DNA of 64,000 nt, taken from positions 928,001 through 992,000 of the forward strand of contig OZ242365.1 of assembly GCA_965208905.1 (NCBI GenBank), given 5' to 3'. Positions 51,092 to 62,729 of this stretch are shown here, in pieces (the stretch's first letter is position 1; each line of letters opens with the position of its first letter). Source of the DNA: Nitrosopumilaceae archaeon (lineage in GTDB: Archaea; Thermoproteota; Nitrososphaeria; Nitrososphaerales; Nitrosopumilaceae). Below the pieces are notes generated by a model. That model did no database searches. It was given only the letters and a program-made list of their open reading frames with translations, and had not been told where the DNA came from. The position numbers were made by a program, and so were the translations under genes.

Positions 51092-52753
51092 ATGTCTATT
51101 GTAGACTCTAACTCGAATTTAATTCCGGTAAGGATGTTGACACAATTTGTATACTGCCCTCGCTTGGCTTACTTGGAATGGGTACAGGGCGAGTTTGCGT
51201 ATTCAGCCGATGTGGTTATGGGTACACAAAAACACAAGAATGTTGATACGCCGGCCAAAAAAAGCATGGATGAAAAGCAAGACACAATACATGCAAAGTC
51301 AATACTTGTTTCAGATGAAAAACTTGGTATTATAGCCAAAATAGATATCATGGATATACAGGGAAATGTGGCGATGCCAATAGAGTACAAACGTGGCAAA
51401 GTTCCAGAAAATTCTGCAAAGGCATGGGAAGATCATATGATACAGCTGTGCGCACAGGGGCTCTTGCTGCGTAAGCACAACTATATGTGTACAGAAGGTG
51501 TGATATATTATGTGGCATCTAAACAGCGCATTACAATAAAATTTGATGATATTCTTGTTGCCAAGACGCTGCAAGCAATACATGATATAAAAGAGATGAT
51601 ACAGCAACAAAAGATCCCCCCACCACTGGTGAATTCTCCTAAATGTCCACGATGTTCTCTGGTGGGTATATGCCTGCCGGATGAGACCAGTTTATTGATG
51701 CCGGGCGTACCGACTGTACGCAAAGACCAAGTACGTAGATTATATCCAATTCGAAATGATGCAGTTCCAGTATATGTTCAGGAGCAAGGAGCCTACGTGT
51801 CCCTATCTGGTGATAATATTGTAGTAAAAAGACAGAGTGGAGATAAACAAAAGATTCGATTAATTGACATATCTGCGCTAGTATTATTTGGAAATGTACA
51901 GGCAAGCACTCAGGCGATACGGACTTTATGTAATCGAGGTATACCAATATGCTACCTTAGTTATGGTGGATGGTTTTACGGACTAACTACTGGCTCTACA
52001 AGCCGAAATGTGGACTTGCGCATACACCAACATAACACCTACAAGAGCAAGTCACTTCTTTTGAATATTGCTCGTGAAATTGTGTCAGGCAAAATTAAAA
52101 ATTGCGCAACACTACTTAGACGTAATGGGAAGCCACAACCAAAATCAGTCTTAGATGAAATGTGTACACTTGCACAAAAATCAAAAACTGCTAAAAACTA
52201 CAATACGCTCTTGGGTTTGGAGGGGCTGGCGGCACGTCTGTACTTTGGAGCATTTCAGACAATGCTGCGAGGCGATATGAATACTTTTTACTTTCAGGAA
52301 CGAAATCGACGGCCGCCCAAGGATCCTGTAAATACAATATTGTCTTTTTTGTACGCTCTGCTGACACGTGAAATGACCACTACTGTATCTCTGGTGGGCT
52401 TTGATGTGTATTTGGGGTTTTTGCACACGCCCCACCATGGGCGGCCCTCACTTGCTCTGGACTTAATTGAAGAATTTCGACCCTTAATAGCAGATTCGGT
52501 ATGTATTTCAATAATAAATAATGGCGTGGTGTCAAAGTCAGATTTTATAATTACACCATTTGGTGTAAATTTGAACGCAGATGGGCGGCGCAAGGTAATT
52601 GAGGCATTTGAAAACAGGTTAAATTCAACAATTCATCATAAATTACTTGGATATTCTGCCAGTTATAGACGAATAATGGAGACGCAAGCCAGGCTTTTAG
52701 CGCGACACATATCTGGTGAAATCCCTGCATATCCGCCCTTCAGGACCCGCTAA
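51092..52753 (+). CDS. cas1: Cas4-Cas1 fusion (type I-G adaptation)
   Basis: Cas4: YCPR, KID, EYKRG, QLCAQ, CPRCSL..IC; Cas1: GLEG.AA..YF, RRPPKDPVN, GFLH, LALDLIEEFR. Confidence 0.96.
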   Translation: MSIVDSNSNLIPVRMLTQFVYCPRLAYLEWVQGEFAYSADVVMGTQKHKNVDTPAKKSMDEKQDTIHAKSILVSDEKLGIIAKIDIMDIQGNVAMPIEYKRGKVPENSAKAWEDHMIQLCAQGLLLRKHNYMCTEGVIYYVASKQRITIKFDDILVAKTLQAIHDIKEMIQQQKIPPPLVNSPKCPRCSLVGICLPDETSLLMPGVPTVRKDQVRRLYPIRNDAVPVYVQEQGAYVSLSGDNIVVKRQSGDKQKIRLIDISALVLFGNVQASTQAIRTLCNRGIPICYLSYGGWFYGLTTGSTSRNVDLRIHQHNTYKSKSLLLNIAREIVSGKIKNCATLLRRNGKPQPKSVLDEMCTLAQKSKTAKNYNTLLGLEGLAARLYFGAFQTMLRGDMNTFYFQERNRRPPKDPVNTILSFLYALLTREMTTTVSLVGFDVYLGFLHTPHHGRPSLALDLIEEFRPLIADSVCISIINNGVVSKSDFIITPFGVNLNADGRRKVIEAFENRLNSTIHHKLLGYSASYRRIMETQARLLARHISGEIPAYPPFRTR

Positions 52754-52754
52754 C

Positions 52755-53045
52755 ATGAGGAATAGATACATCGTCTGTTATGACGTGACAGATCCAAAAA
52801 GACTGAATAAAACATACAAAAAGATGAATGGGTATGGTGATCCAGTACAATATTCTGTGTTTCAGTGTGAATTAAGTGACATGGAATTACTGTACATGCA
52901 AGATGATTTAAGAGAAATTTTAAATTTACAGGAGGATCGCGTACTGATTGTGGATACGGGGCCTTCTGAGAATGACATTGACAAACATATATTGACCATG
53001 GGAGTGCCATTACAATCTAGAGGTGAATCTGCTATAATCATATGA
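52755..53045 (+). CDS. cas2: CRISPR-associated Cas2
   Basis: YIVCYDV, QYSVFQC; start set at MRNRY. Confidence 0.96.
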   Translation: MRNRYIVCYDVTDPKRLNKTYKKMNGYGDPVQYSVFQCELSDMELLYMQDDLREILNLQEDRVLIVDTGPSENDIDKHILTMGVPLQSRGESAIII

Positions 53046-53217
53046 TGTGGGCGAGTAACCATGTGGACAAACTGGTACGGCTTGCTACTCGCAATTCAAT
53101 TATATGGTATATCAGAATTGCGTTTGATTGTTTGGCATCACGATAAAAAATGTACCAAAATCGTGCAATATGCATAAAATTGTATTGTATGGCATGGTAT
53201 TATGAATTTGTGGTGCT
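53046..53217 (+). promoter_or_regulatory. CRISPR leader
   Basis: AT-rich non-coding region between cas2 and first repeat, with inverted repeat GCGAGTAAC/GCTACTCGC; degenerate repeat lies at the opposite array end. Confidence 0.8.
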
Positions 53218-56200
53218 ATTTCCGAGACATTTTTGTCTCGGCCCCATTGAAGCTTAAAAAAAAAGTTAGTTTGTTTGTGTGTGTGTATGATTTCCGAGAC
53301 ATTTTTGTCTCGGCCCCATTGAAGCATTCCGGAATCGACGGTAGTTCCGGTATCGGAGCGAATTTCCGAGACATTTTTGTCTCGGCCCCATTGAAGCTTT
53401 ACCGTTTAACGAAATAACGAAATAACGAAAAGTATTTCCGAGACATTTTTGTCTCGGCCCCATTGAAGCCAGATGGCCATAGACAAATACTATGCGGACA
53501 AGCACGATTTCCGAGACATTTTTGTCTCGGCCCCATTGAAGCCCGGCCAAGAACAGGAACGTTTTGGGATTACGCAGACATTTCCGAGACATTTTTGTCT
53601 CGGCCCCATTGAAGCGCCGCCGGGAGCAACGTACGGGAGGCGAGCGTCTAATGATTTCCGAGACATTTTTGTCTCGGCCCCATTGAAGCGTTTTAGCATG
53701 CCAACGAAAATACATACTGGTAGCGCCATTTCCGAGACATTTTTGTCTCGGCCCCATTGAAGCCGGGCCGCTATGGTCTCTATGGTGTACTTTTGCAAAG
53801 ATTTCCGAGACATTTTTGTCTCGGCCCCATTGAAGCCTGGAGGACTCGGAGCCGTACGCGCCGCTGCCGTAGCATTTCCGAGACATTTTTGTCTCGGCCC
53901 CATTGAAGCGCGGTGCGGTTTTATTATCGTCTGGCCCCGATACCAATTTCCGAGACATTTTTGTCTCGGCCCCATTGAAGCTAAAGTCGAGCCATACACG
54001 TAACATGTATGGTCAGAATTTCCGAGACATTTTTGTCTCGGCCCCATTGAAGCATATACCAAGGAATAAGGGTGTATATGGAAAAAACACAATTTCCGAG
54101 ACATTTTTGTCTCGGCCCCATTGAAGCGGTGCTGCAGACTATGTATGCTTATGGTCTGAAGTCCATTTCCGAGACATTTTTGTCTCGGCCCCATTGAAGC
54201 GCGGCGATGAATCGTTGCCCTTTGTGTTTTGGCAAATTTCCGAGACATTTTTGTCTCGGCCCCATTGAAGCAAGGGTCGGTTGGAAGATTACCGTTATGC
54301 TCCTGAATTTCCGAGACATTTTTGTCTCGGCCCCATTGAAGCAACAGGTAGGATTAAGATTATACGGTTTGATCGAAGATTTCCGAGACATTTTTGTCTC
54401 GGCCCCATTGAAGCCCTAGACCGGTTGACAACCCAAGCCCCTTTGATATATTTCCGAGACATTTTTGTCTCGGCCCCATTGAAGCGTGCCACCTTTATCG
54501 GGGAATATGACGCCCAGTAAATTTCCGAGACATTTTTGTCTCGGCCCCATTGAAGCTTACGTTGTCGCAAAAGGGATCGAGGCATTACACAAGATTTCCG
54601 AGACATTTTTGTCTCGGCCCCATTGAAGCCAGGCTTAACCGATTCCCAAATTGCGAAAGTCGTTGCAAATTTCCGAGACATTTTTGTCTCGGCCCCATTG
54701 AAGCGTGCCGATGAATCGTTGCCCTTTGTGTTTTGGAATCTGATTTCCGAGACATTTTTGTCTCGGCCCCATTGAAGCTCGCAAATGTCAAGATTGTTAG
54801 GCATCTAAGGACGCATTTCCGAGACATTTTTGTCTCGGCCCCATTGAAGCTCCCATCAGATATGATTTGACCACAAGTGGTAAAGCCGATTTCCGAGACA
54901 TTTTTGTCTCGGCCCCATTGAAGCACCCGTTGCACTTGTAAACATCTGTCTCTTAGCCGCATTTCCGAGACATTTTTGTCTCGGCCCCATTGAAGCATCG
55001 CCCATTAAACTATATCCCTCTGGTAGTGTGGGCATTTCCGAGACATTTTTGTCTCGGCCCCATTGAAGCAGGATTCATCAATCATATACAGGACGGTACT
55101 ATTGATATTTCCGAGACATTTTTGTCTCGGCCCCATTGAAGCATTCGCGACCTGGCTAACTTGTCCAACTGTGCGCGGTATTTCCGAGACATTTTTGTCT
55201 CGGCCCCATTGAAGCTTAGAATCGGGCAAAAAAGACAGTGTGTATGACAGAGATTTCCGAGACATTTTTGTCTCGGCCCCATTGAAGCGAAGGCCGTGGA
55301 CCTGGGCACCGCATGGGAGGACTACATTTCCGAGACATTTTTGTCTCGGCCCCATTGAAGCAACGAGGCGTCGGTGTCCATCACGGCCGGGACGAACGGA
55401 TTTCCGAGACATTTTTGTCTCGGCCCCATTGAAGCGAGCAGCGCCTTATGCGTCCACTGGGCCATACGGTTTATTTCCGAGACATTTTTGTCTCGGCCCC
55501 ATTGAAGCTGGACCATTTTATCACCTCATATTATGCCCGTATGGTATTTCCGAGACATTTTTGTCTCGGCCCCATTGAAGCAGAAAGTGAGTATTGTTAC
55601 ATCAAGCGATTAAAGCCATTTCCGAGACATTTTTGTCTCGGCCCCATTGAAGCCAAAGTGCCTTAGCCCCATAGTTTGCTGTGTGCGTATAGCATTTCCG
55701 AGACATTTTTGTCTCGGCCCCATTGAAGCATATCTGTGTATATGTGGGTTCAGATGCGGTCTTAATATTTCCGAGACATTTTTGTCTCGGCCCCATTGAA
55801 GCGTGTATGTTATGAGTACGGGCAAGAGTCGGGAGACATATTTCCGAGACATTTTTGTCTCGGCCCCATTGAAGCTATGAGTCCGGTGTTGGTCGGTATC
55901 TGCTTTACTACAATTTCCGAGACATTTTTGTCTCGGCCCCATTGAAGCCGGAGTTATGTCGCCAGCGAAATAAACCCCGACTATATTTCCGAGACATTTT
56001 TGTCTCGGCCCCATTGAAGCAATGTGGTTATGTCTGCGCCTGGTTGCAAGTCTTCAATTTCCGAGACATTTTTGTCTCGGCCCCATTGAAGCTGTGCTTT
56101 CTGATTGTGTTGGCTGTTGGCCCGGATAATTTCCGAGACATTTTTGTCTCGGCCCCATTGAAGCAGAGACTGTTATGAAAGGCAATAGTGAAGCAATGGA

Positions 56201-59200
56201 GATTTCCGAGACATTTTTGTCTCGGCCCCATTGAAGCTACACGGCATCATACATCAGTTCCACCTTGGACTTGATTTCCGAGACATTTTTGTCTCGGCCC
56301 CATTGAAGCCCAGGCCTAAACTTGTATCCGTGCCACCATCCAGTATTTCCGAGACATTTTTGTCTCGGCCCCATTGAAGCGAGAGTTTGAAGCAGATAGT
56401 AGACATGACATCGGCAATTTCCGAGACATTTTTGTCTCGGCCCCATTGAAGCTAGTAAAAGTACGGTCTAATCTTTATGCCGTTTCGTAATTTCCGAGAC
56501 ATTTTTGTCTCGGCCCCATTGAAGCCGAAAATACCATTTGCGAATGATCTACTTCATTCTTCCATTTCCGAGACATTTTTGTCTCGGCCCCATTGAAGCA
56601 CGCAAGTTATGTATACGTTTGCCGAAAAGGTACAAATTTCCGAGACATTTTTGTCTCGGCCCCATTGAAGCGGACCACAAGGGCCAAAAGGTGATCAAGG
56701 CGATGTTGATTTCCGAGACATTTTTGTCTCGGCCCCATTGAAGCTAACTGGTACCACCCCATACAATGGTGTGCAGAATGCATTTCCGAGACATTTTTGT
56801 CTCGGCCCCATTGAAGCGAGCAGTCGCCGAGTGAATCGTTGCCCAGCACCTGAGATTTCCGAGACATTTTTGTCTCGGCCCCATTGAAGCAATGCACGCT
56901 GGCAAGGGCCATCATACAAGGAAATGCATTTCCGAGACATTTTTGTCTCGGCCCCATTGAAGCAGGTACAATAATACGACCATCTATGATCGCGATGCTC
57001 ATTTCCGAGACATTTTTGTCTCGGCCCCATTGAAGCCGGTACAAAGCGGCATGTCGTCACAACCGACAGGAAATTTCCGAGACATTTTTGTCTCGGCCCC
57101 ATTGAAGCTCTAGGGGGACTAGTTTATCGTGAATCCACTTACCCTTATTTCCGAGACATTTTTGTCTCGGCCCCATTGAAGCAAAATTACTTTGCATGTC
57201 CTGCACCAATGCTTTTTGTGCATTTCCGAGACATTTTTGTCTCGGCCCCATTGAAGCAAAGAAGTACCTAGTCCCCTTAGGCCGGCATTCCCAGATTTCC
57301 GAGACATTTTTGTCTCGGCCCCATTGAAGCTCCGTTATGTATATGGTCGGCCAAGAGGTCCACTCATAATTTCCGAGACATTTTTGTCTCGGCCCCATTG
57401 AAGCTCTGGAGTACATGCAGTACAGTTTCGTTTTATTTTGATTTCCGAGACATTTTTGTCTCGGCCCCATTGAAGCGAAGCAAAGCGACGTCGAGGCCAC
57501 ATAATCGGTGTCATTTCCGAGACATTTTTGTCTCGGCCCCATTGAAGCAGGGCCGAAAAGGGGGGTTCTGGGGTGATATTTGGGGATTTCCGAGACATTT
57601 TTGTCTCGGCCCCATTGAAGCATACAGCGGCCTAACGCATAGACCGGGTGGTATGACGATTTCCGAGACATTTTTGTCTCGGCCCCATTGAAGCCTGTCC
57701 TCGCCAAACTCACCATTGCGCCATTTGCGCATTTCCGAGACATTTTTGTCTCGGCCCCATTGAAGCGAGTTGTTCGCCGGCCGTCTCGGCACACGCAACA
57801 CCATTTCCGAGACATTTTTGTCTCGGCCCCATTGAAGCTCGTTAACAGTTGTGCCTGCAGTATGCGCAGGATTTGCCATTTCCGAGACATTTTTGTCTCG
57901 GCCCCATTGAAGCAGCAATTCCGTACAGGCCACGCAAACGGTAATCAAAATTTCCGAGACATTTTTGTCTCGGCCCCATTGAAGCGACACACCCGAATAC
58001 GGCAAGACCAGCGTCGTATTACAATTTCCGAGACATTTTTGTCTCGGCCCCATTGAAGCACAAGGGAGGGATCTGCCCAGCACGGGGCACCCCCCATTTC
58101 CGAGACATTTTTGTCTCGGCCCCATTGAAGCTTCGCTGAGTTGGTTGGGACTGGGCAATGCTACACATTTCCGAGACATTTTTGTCTCGGCCCCATTGAA
58201 GCCAAACAAGAATCGTATGTCTTCATGGTCGTACTCGGATTTCCGAGACATTTTTGTCTCGGCCCCATTGAAGCCCCAATATGCCGCCCGCCTTTAGTGT
58301 GCGGGCCTCGAATTTCCGAGACATTTTTGTCTCGGCCCCATTGAAGCAATCGACTGCGTAATATGCGCCGAGTACAGTCTGAATTTCCGAGACATTTTTG
58401 TCTCGGCCCCATTGAAGCTAACTGCAATCGAAGCGACACCAAACAGGGACGAATGATTTCCGAGACATTTTTGTCTCGGCCCCATTGAAGCTATGGTCCC
58501 ACTCGGTTACATCCAGCCGCCTTGTATCATTTCCGAGACATTTTTGTCTCGGCCCCATTGAAGCAACAAGGAATGTACACTGGTGTTATCTAGTTCCACA
58601 TTTCCGAGACATTTTTGTCTCGGCCCCATTGAAGCTTGTAAACTCACTGTTGATAGCGAGAGAGTGAGACTCATTTCCGAGACATTTTTGTCTCGGCCCC
58701 ATTGAAGCTCCGTGATACATGATGAATAGCCGTACTGTTTCCACATTTCCGAGACATTTTTGTCTCGGCCCCATTGAAGCTGCTCAAAGACGTCTTGTAA
58801 TACATTCCGCTAGCGTAATTTCCGAGACATTTTTGTCTCGGCCCCATTGAAGCTTATCCCGATTTGCACCCTGAAATTCCAACGCTATTATTTCCGAGAC
58901 ATTTTTGTCTCGGCCCCATTGAAGCTGGGACGTGTCCGCTACTACCTCACCATTCGGGCCTAATTTCCGAGACATTTTTGTCTCGGCCCCATTGAAGCAC
59001 CGCAGCCACACGGAAATCATACTGTGAGCCATTAGATTTCCGAGACATTTTTGTCTCGGCCCCATTGAAGCAGAACCGTGTCTAGGTTGGTTTCACTTTG
59101 TTGCATGATTTCCGAGACATTTTTGTCTCGGCCCCATTGAAGCATCAACCAAGCCGGCTGTTGTTGCTACTGTTGTTGCGATTTCCGAGACATTTTTGTC

Positions 59201-62200
59201 TCGGCCCCATTGAAGCTATCCCAGTCCGTATATTGTATAACAAGGTCCATATTTCCGAGACATTTTTGTCTCGGCCCCATTGAAGCACTCCCGAAGTGGC
59301 AGGTCAAGCATACACAGAACGAACAATTTCCGAGACATTTTTGTCTCGGCCCCATTGAAGCGGTAATACAACCACAACCACTCAGGTTGTCGCCAAAAAT
59401 TTCCGAGACATTTTTGTCTCGGCCCCATTGAAGCTAATCATGCGGCCCTGTAGTTCGCCGGGGTATTCTATTTCCGAGACATTTTTGTCTCGGCCCCATT
59501 GAAGCTTCAAACTTCGGATGAACTCCGCCAAAGTCATAATATTTCCGAGACATTTTTGTCTCGGCCCCATTGAAGCTGAGAACTCTTAGAGATCTTTGTT
59601 TCTATTCCACATCATTTCCGAGACATTTTTGTCTCGGCCCCATTGAAGCTATAACTCTCTAGTCTCTGGCCATACTTTATCTATAATTTCCGAGACATTT
59701 TTGTCTCGGCCCCATTGAAGCCCAACCTACGTTGAGCAAAGTCTTTCAAGTTTGCAGGATTTCCGAGACATTTTTGTCTCGGCCCCATTGAAGCTAAACG
59801 TTTCACCGTATCCAATCGCGGGGTTGTGCGATTTCCGAGACATTTTTGTCTCGGCCCCATTGAAGCAAGCCGGCCCGCGAAATCATAGACAGTGTAATCC
59901 CATTTCCGAGACATTTTTGTCTCGGCCCCATTGAAGCATTTTGTACGTCTGTACAATCTACATAAGCGATCTCTATTTCCGAGACATTTTTGTCTCGGCC
60001 CCATTGAAGCGTATATTGCGGGGTTTGCCTAAAATGAGCATGGGTTATTTCCGAGACATTTTTGTCTCGGCCCCATTGAAGCAATCCGTAGGGGGGAAAA
60101 TACCTAAAAGCGGTCTGTTTATTTCCGAGACATTTTTGTCTCGGCCCCATTGAAGCATAGATCATTCTGGCACCCTCATAACAGGTAAAAAATTTCCGAG
60201 ACATTTTTGTCTCGGCCCCATTGAAGCCTCGCTGTTAAGAATTCTTCAAATTCCGTACTACTAATTTCCGAGACATTTTTGTCTCGGCCCCATTGAAGCT
60301 TTCAGATAGTGTCTCAAATGCACTTTCCATCGCAAATTTCCGAGACATTTTTGTCTCGGCCCCATTGAAGCACCGCTCTGAGAGTTCTGAGAACCCCAAT
60401 AGTATTTTATTTCCGAGACATTTTTGTCTCGGCCCCATTGAAGCATATGTCCGTGGGGCCGGTGGCGCGCCAGACGAATATATTTCCGAGACATTTTTGT
60501 CTCGGCCCCATTGAAGCACCCATTTTGTTAGATTGTTTACCTTCCGTTCTACGATTTCCGAGACATTTTTGTCTCGGCCCCATTGAAGCAGGGACATGGT
60601 GGCGATGGTTCGACATGCCGAGTCCGGATTTCCGAGACATTTTTGTCTCGGCCCCATTGAAGCCGCTAATCTTTTTTCCACGCAACATTTTTTAACAATA
60701 TTTCCGAGACATTTTTGTCTCGGCCCCATTGAAGCAAGTAACCATCATGGAGGACGTGCAATGAAGGACAAATTTCCGAGACATTTTTGTCTCGGCCCCA
60801 TTGAAGCGGCGATGATACAGACGATTGGGTAAAACGTCTTGTAATTTCCGAGACATTTTTGTCTCGGCCCCATTGAAGCGTTAGATGATTTTAGATTTTG
60901 GGTAGTGGTGATTGTATTTCCGAGACATTTTTGTCTCGGCCCCATTGAAGCAATTGCAAGTTTTATCAATGCGACACTTTGTGTAAATGATTTCCGAGAC
61001 ATTTTTGTCTCGGCCCCATTGAAGCGAACATTGCAGTGATAATGAACTTATGGCTTATTGCATAATTTCCGAGACATTTTTGTCTCGGCCCCATTGAAGC
61101 CCTTAATTCGGGAATTATATGCCAAATCAAACGTAAAATTTCCGAGACATTTTTGTCTCGGCCCCATTGAAGCTTAAGTCGCAGTTTGGAGTATGCCCTA
61201 TCCATTCGCATTTCCGAGACATTTTTGTCTCGGCCCCATTGAAGCAGAATGGTCAACGAACCGAGTCGTTGAGGAAGTAGCATTTCCGAGACATTTTTGT
61301 CTCGGCCCCATTGAAGCAGATATTGTACCATGTTCTTATCCGCCTGCTCACTGCATTTCCGAGACATTTTTGTCTCGGCCCCATTGAAGCTTACCAACAT
61401 ACATGGACTTTGGGCGCAACTTTACAATTTCCGAGACATTTTTGTCTCGGCCCCATTGAAGCCACCCGTAAGTTTAAAGATATTGTCTGCAAGTGCCTAT
61501 TTCCGAGACATTTTTGTCTCGGCCCCATTGAAGCCCTGCAGAGATTTGTTAGTTGCAGTGTGGCATCACCATTTCCGAGACATTTTTGTCTCGGCCCCAT
61601 TGAAGCAACGTTGCTAGATTAATCATCAGCCTGGTACGCAACATTTCCGAGACATTTTTGTCTCGGCCCCATTGAAGCTTATTATGACTCTTAAGCACAA
61701 ATGTACACACGAACATTTCCGAGACATTTTTGTCTCGGCCCCATTGAAGCTTTAGAGCCCATAGCCCGATGAACCCTGCGGAGGGATATTTCCGAGACAT
61801 TTTTGTCTCGGCCCCATTGAAGCGATGTGTCTTAAGCCGGCATCGCGCAGGTCCGTCTCGTTATTTCCGAGACATTTTTGTCTCGGCCCCATTGAAGCGT
61901 GGCAAGCTGGCCATTACGGCCGACATACCGCGGGACATTTCCGAGACATTTTTGTCTCGGCCCCATTGAAGCTTGCGGTTTACCCAGAACAGAACCTACG
62001 TATTCTTTATTTCCGAGACATTTTTGTCTCGGCCCCATTGAAGCGTTTGGTTATGTTGACGCCGGCCCGCTTTTTGACTTTATTTCCGAGACATTTTTGT
62101 CTCGGCCCCATTGAAGCGATGTGTCTTAAGCCGGCATCGCGCAGGTCCGTCTCGTTATTTCCGAGACATTTTTGTCTCGGCCCCATTGAAGCGTGGCAAG

Positions 62201-62483
62201 CTGGCCATTACGGCCGACATACCGCGGGACATTTCCGAGACATTTTTGTCTCGGCCCCATTGAAGCTTGCGGTTTACCCAGAACAGAACCTACGTATTCT
62301 TTATTTCCGAGACATTTTTGTCTCGGCCCCATTGAAGCGTTTGGTTATGTTGACGCCGGCCCGCTTTTTGACTTTATTTCCGAGACATTTTTGTCTCGGC
62401 CCCATTGAAGCACGCCTAGGGCTGGCATGTTAAAGTCTAGCCCCATGATTTCCGAGACATTTTTGTCTCGGTCCCATAGAAGC
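53218..62483 (+). CRISPR. CRISPR array, 36-bp repeat ATTTCCGAGACATTTTTGTCTCGGCCCCATTGAAGC, about 128 repeats / 127 spacers (hand count)
   Basis: Invariant repeat with 8-bp stem CCGAGACA/TGTCTCGG; spacers about 34-40 bp; last repeat (62448-62483) has two substitutions. Confidence 0.99.
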
Positions 62484-62729
62484 TTGAATGGGCGGTATTA
62501 TCCAGCCAAAATCCCCCGGATTCTACTGTACATTTAGAATATTTGCCAAATAACATTGCTAGATCATAACTATTTATACAATATGCATGCCAATCACACA
62601 TAAACTTTATTGTAGGTATAAAGAGATGCAGAATGGTGCCATAGACTTGCCCTGTCAAATGAATGAACAAGAACTGGGCAACAAGCTAAAGAGTTATATT
62701 TTTAAACACAATATGACAACATTGCGGGT

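Noticed and set aside
51326-51342. Partial match of post-array sequence 62484-62519 to the cas4 region
   Set aside because: Gapped, non-seed match; not evidence for self-regulation.
45756-52753. Casposon interpretation (TIR element near a cas1)
   Set aside because: cas1 is a Cas4 fusion next to cas2 and an array, lies outside the TIRs, and no PolB is present.
53218-62483. Spacers targeting the tnpB or IS elements in this window
   Set aside because: No convincing match found by eye; a proper alignment is needed to exclude it.
53112-62670. Dozens of ORFs with repeated MGPRQKCLGN / FRDIFVSAPLK peptides
   Set aside because: Translations of the CRISPR repeat, not genes.
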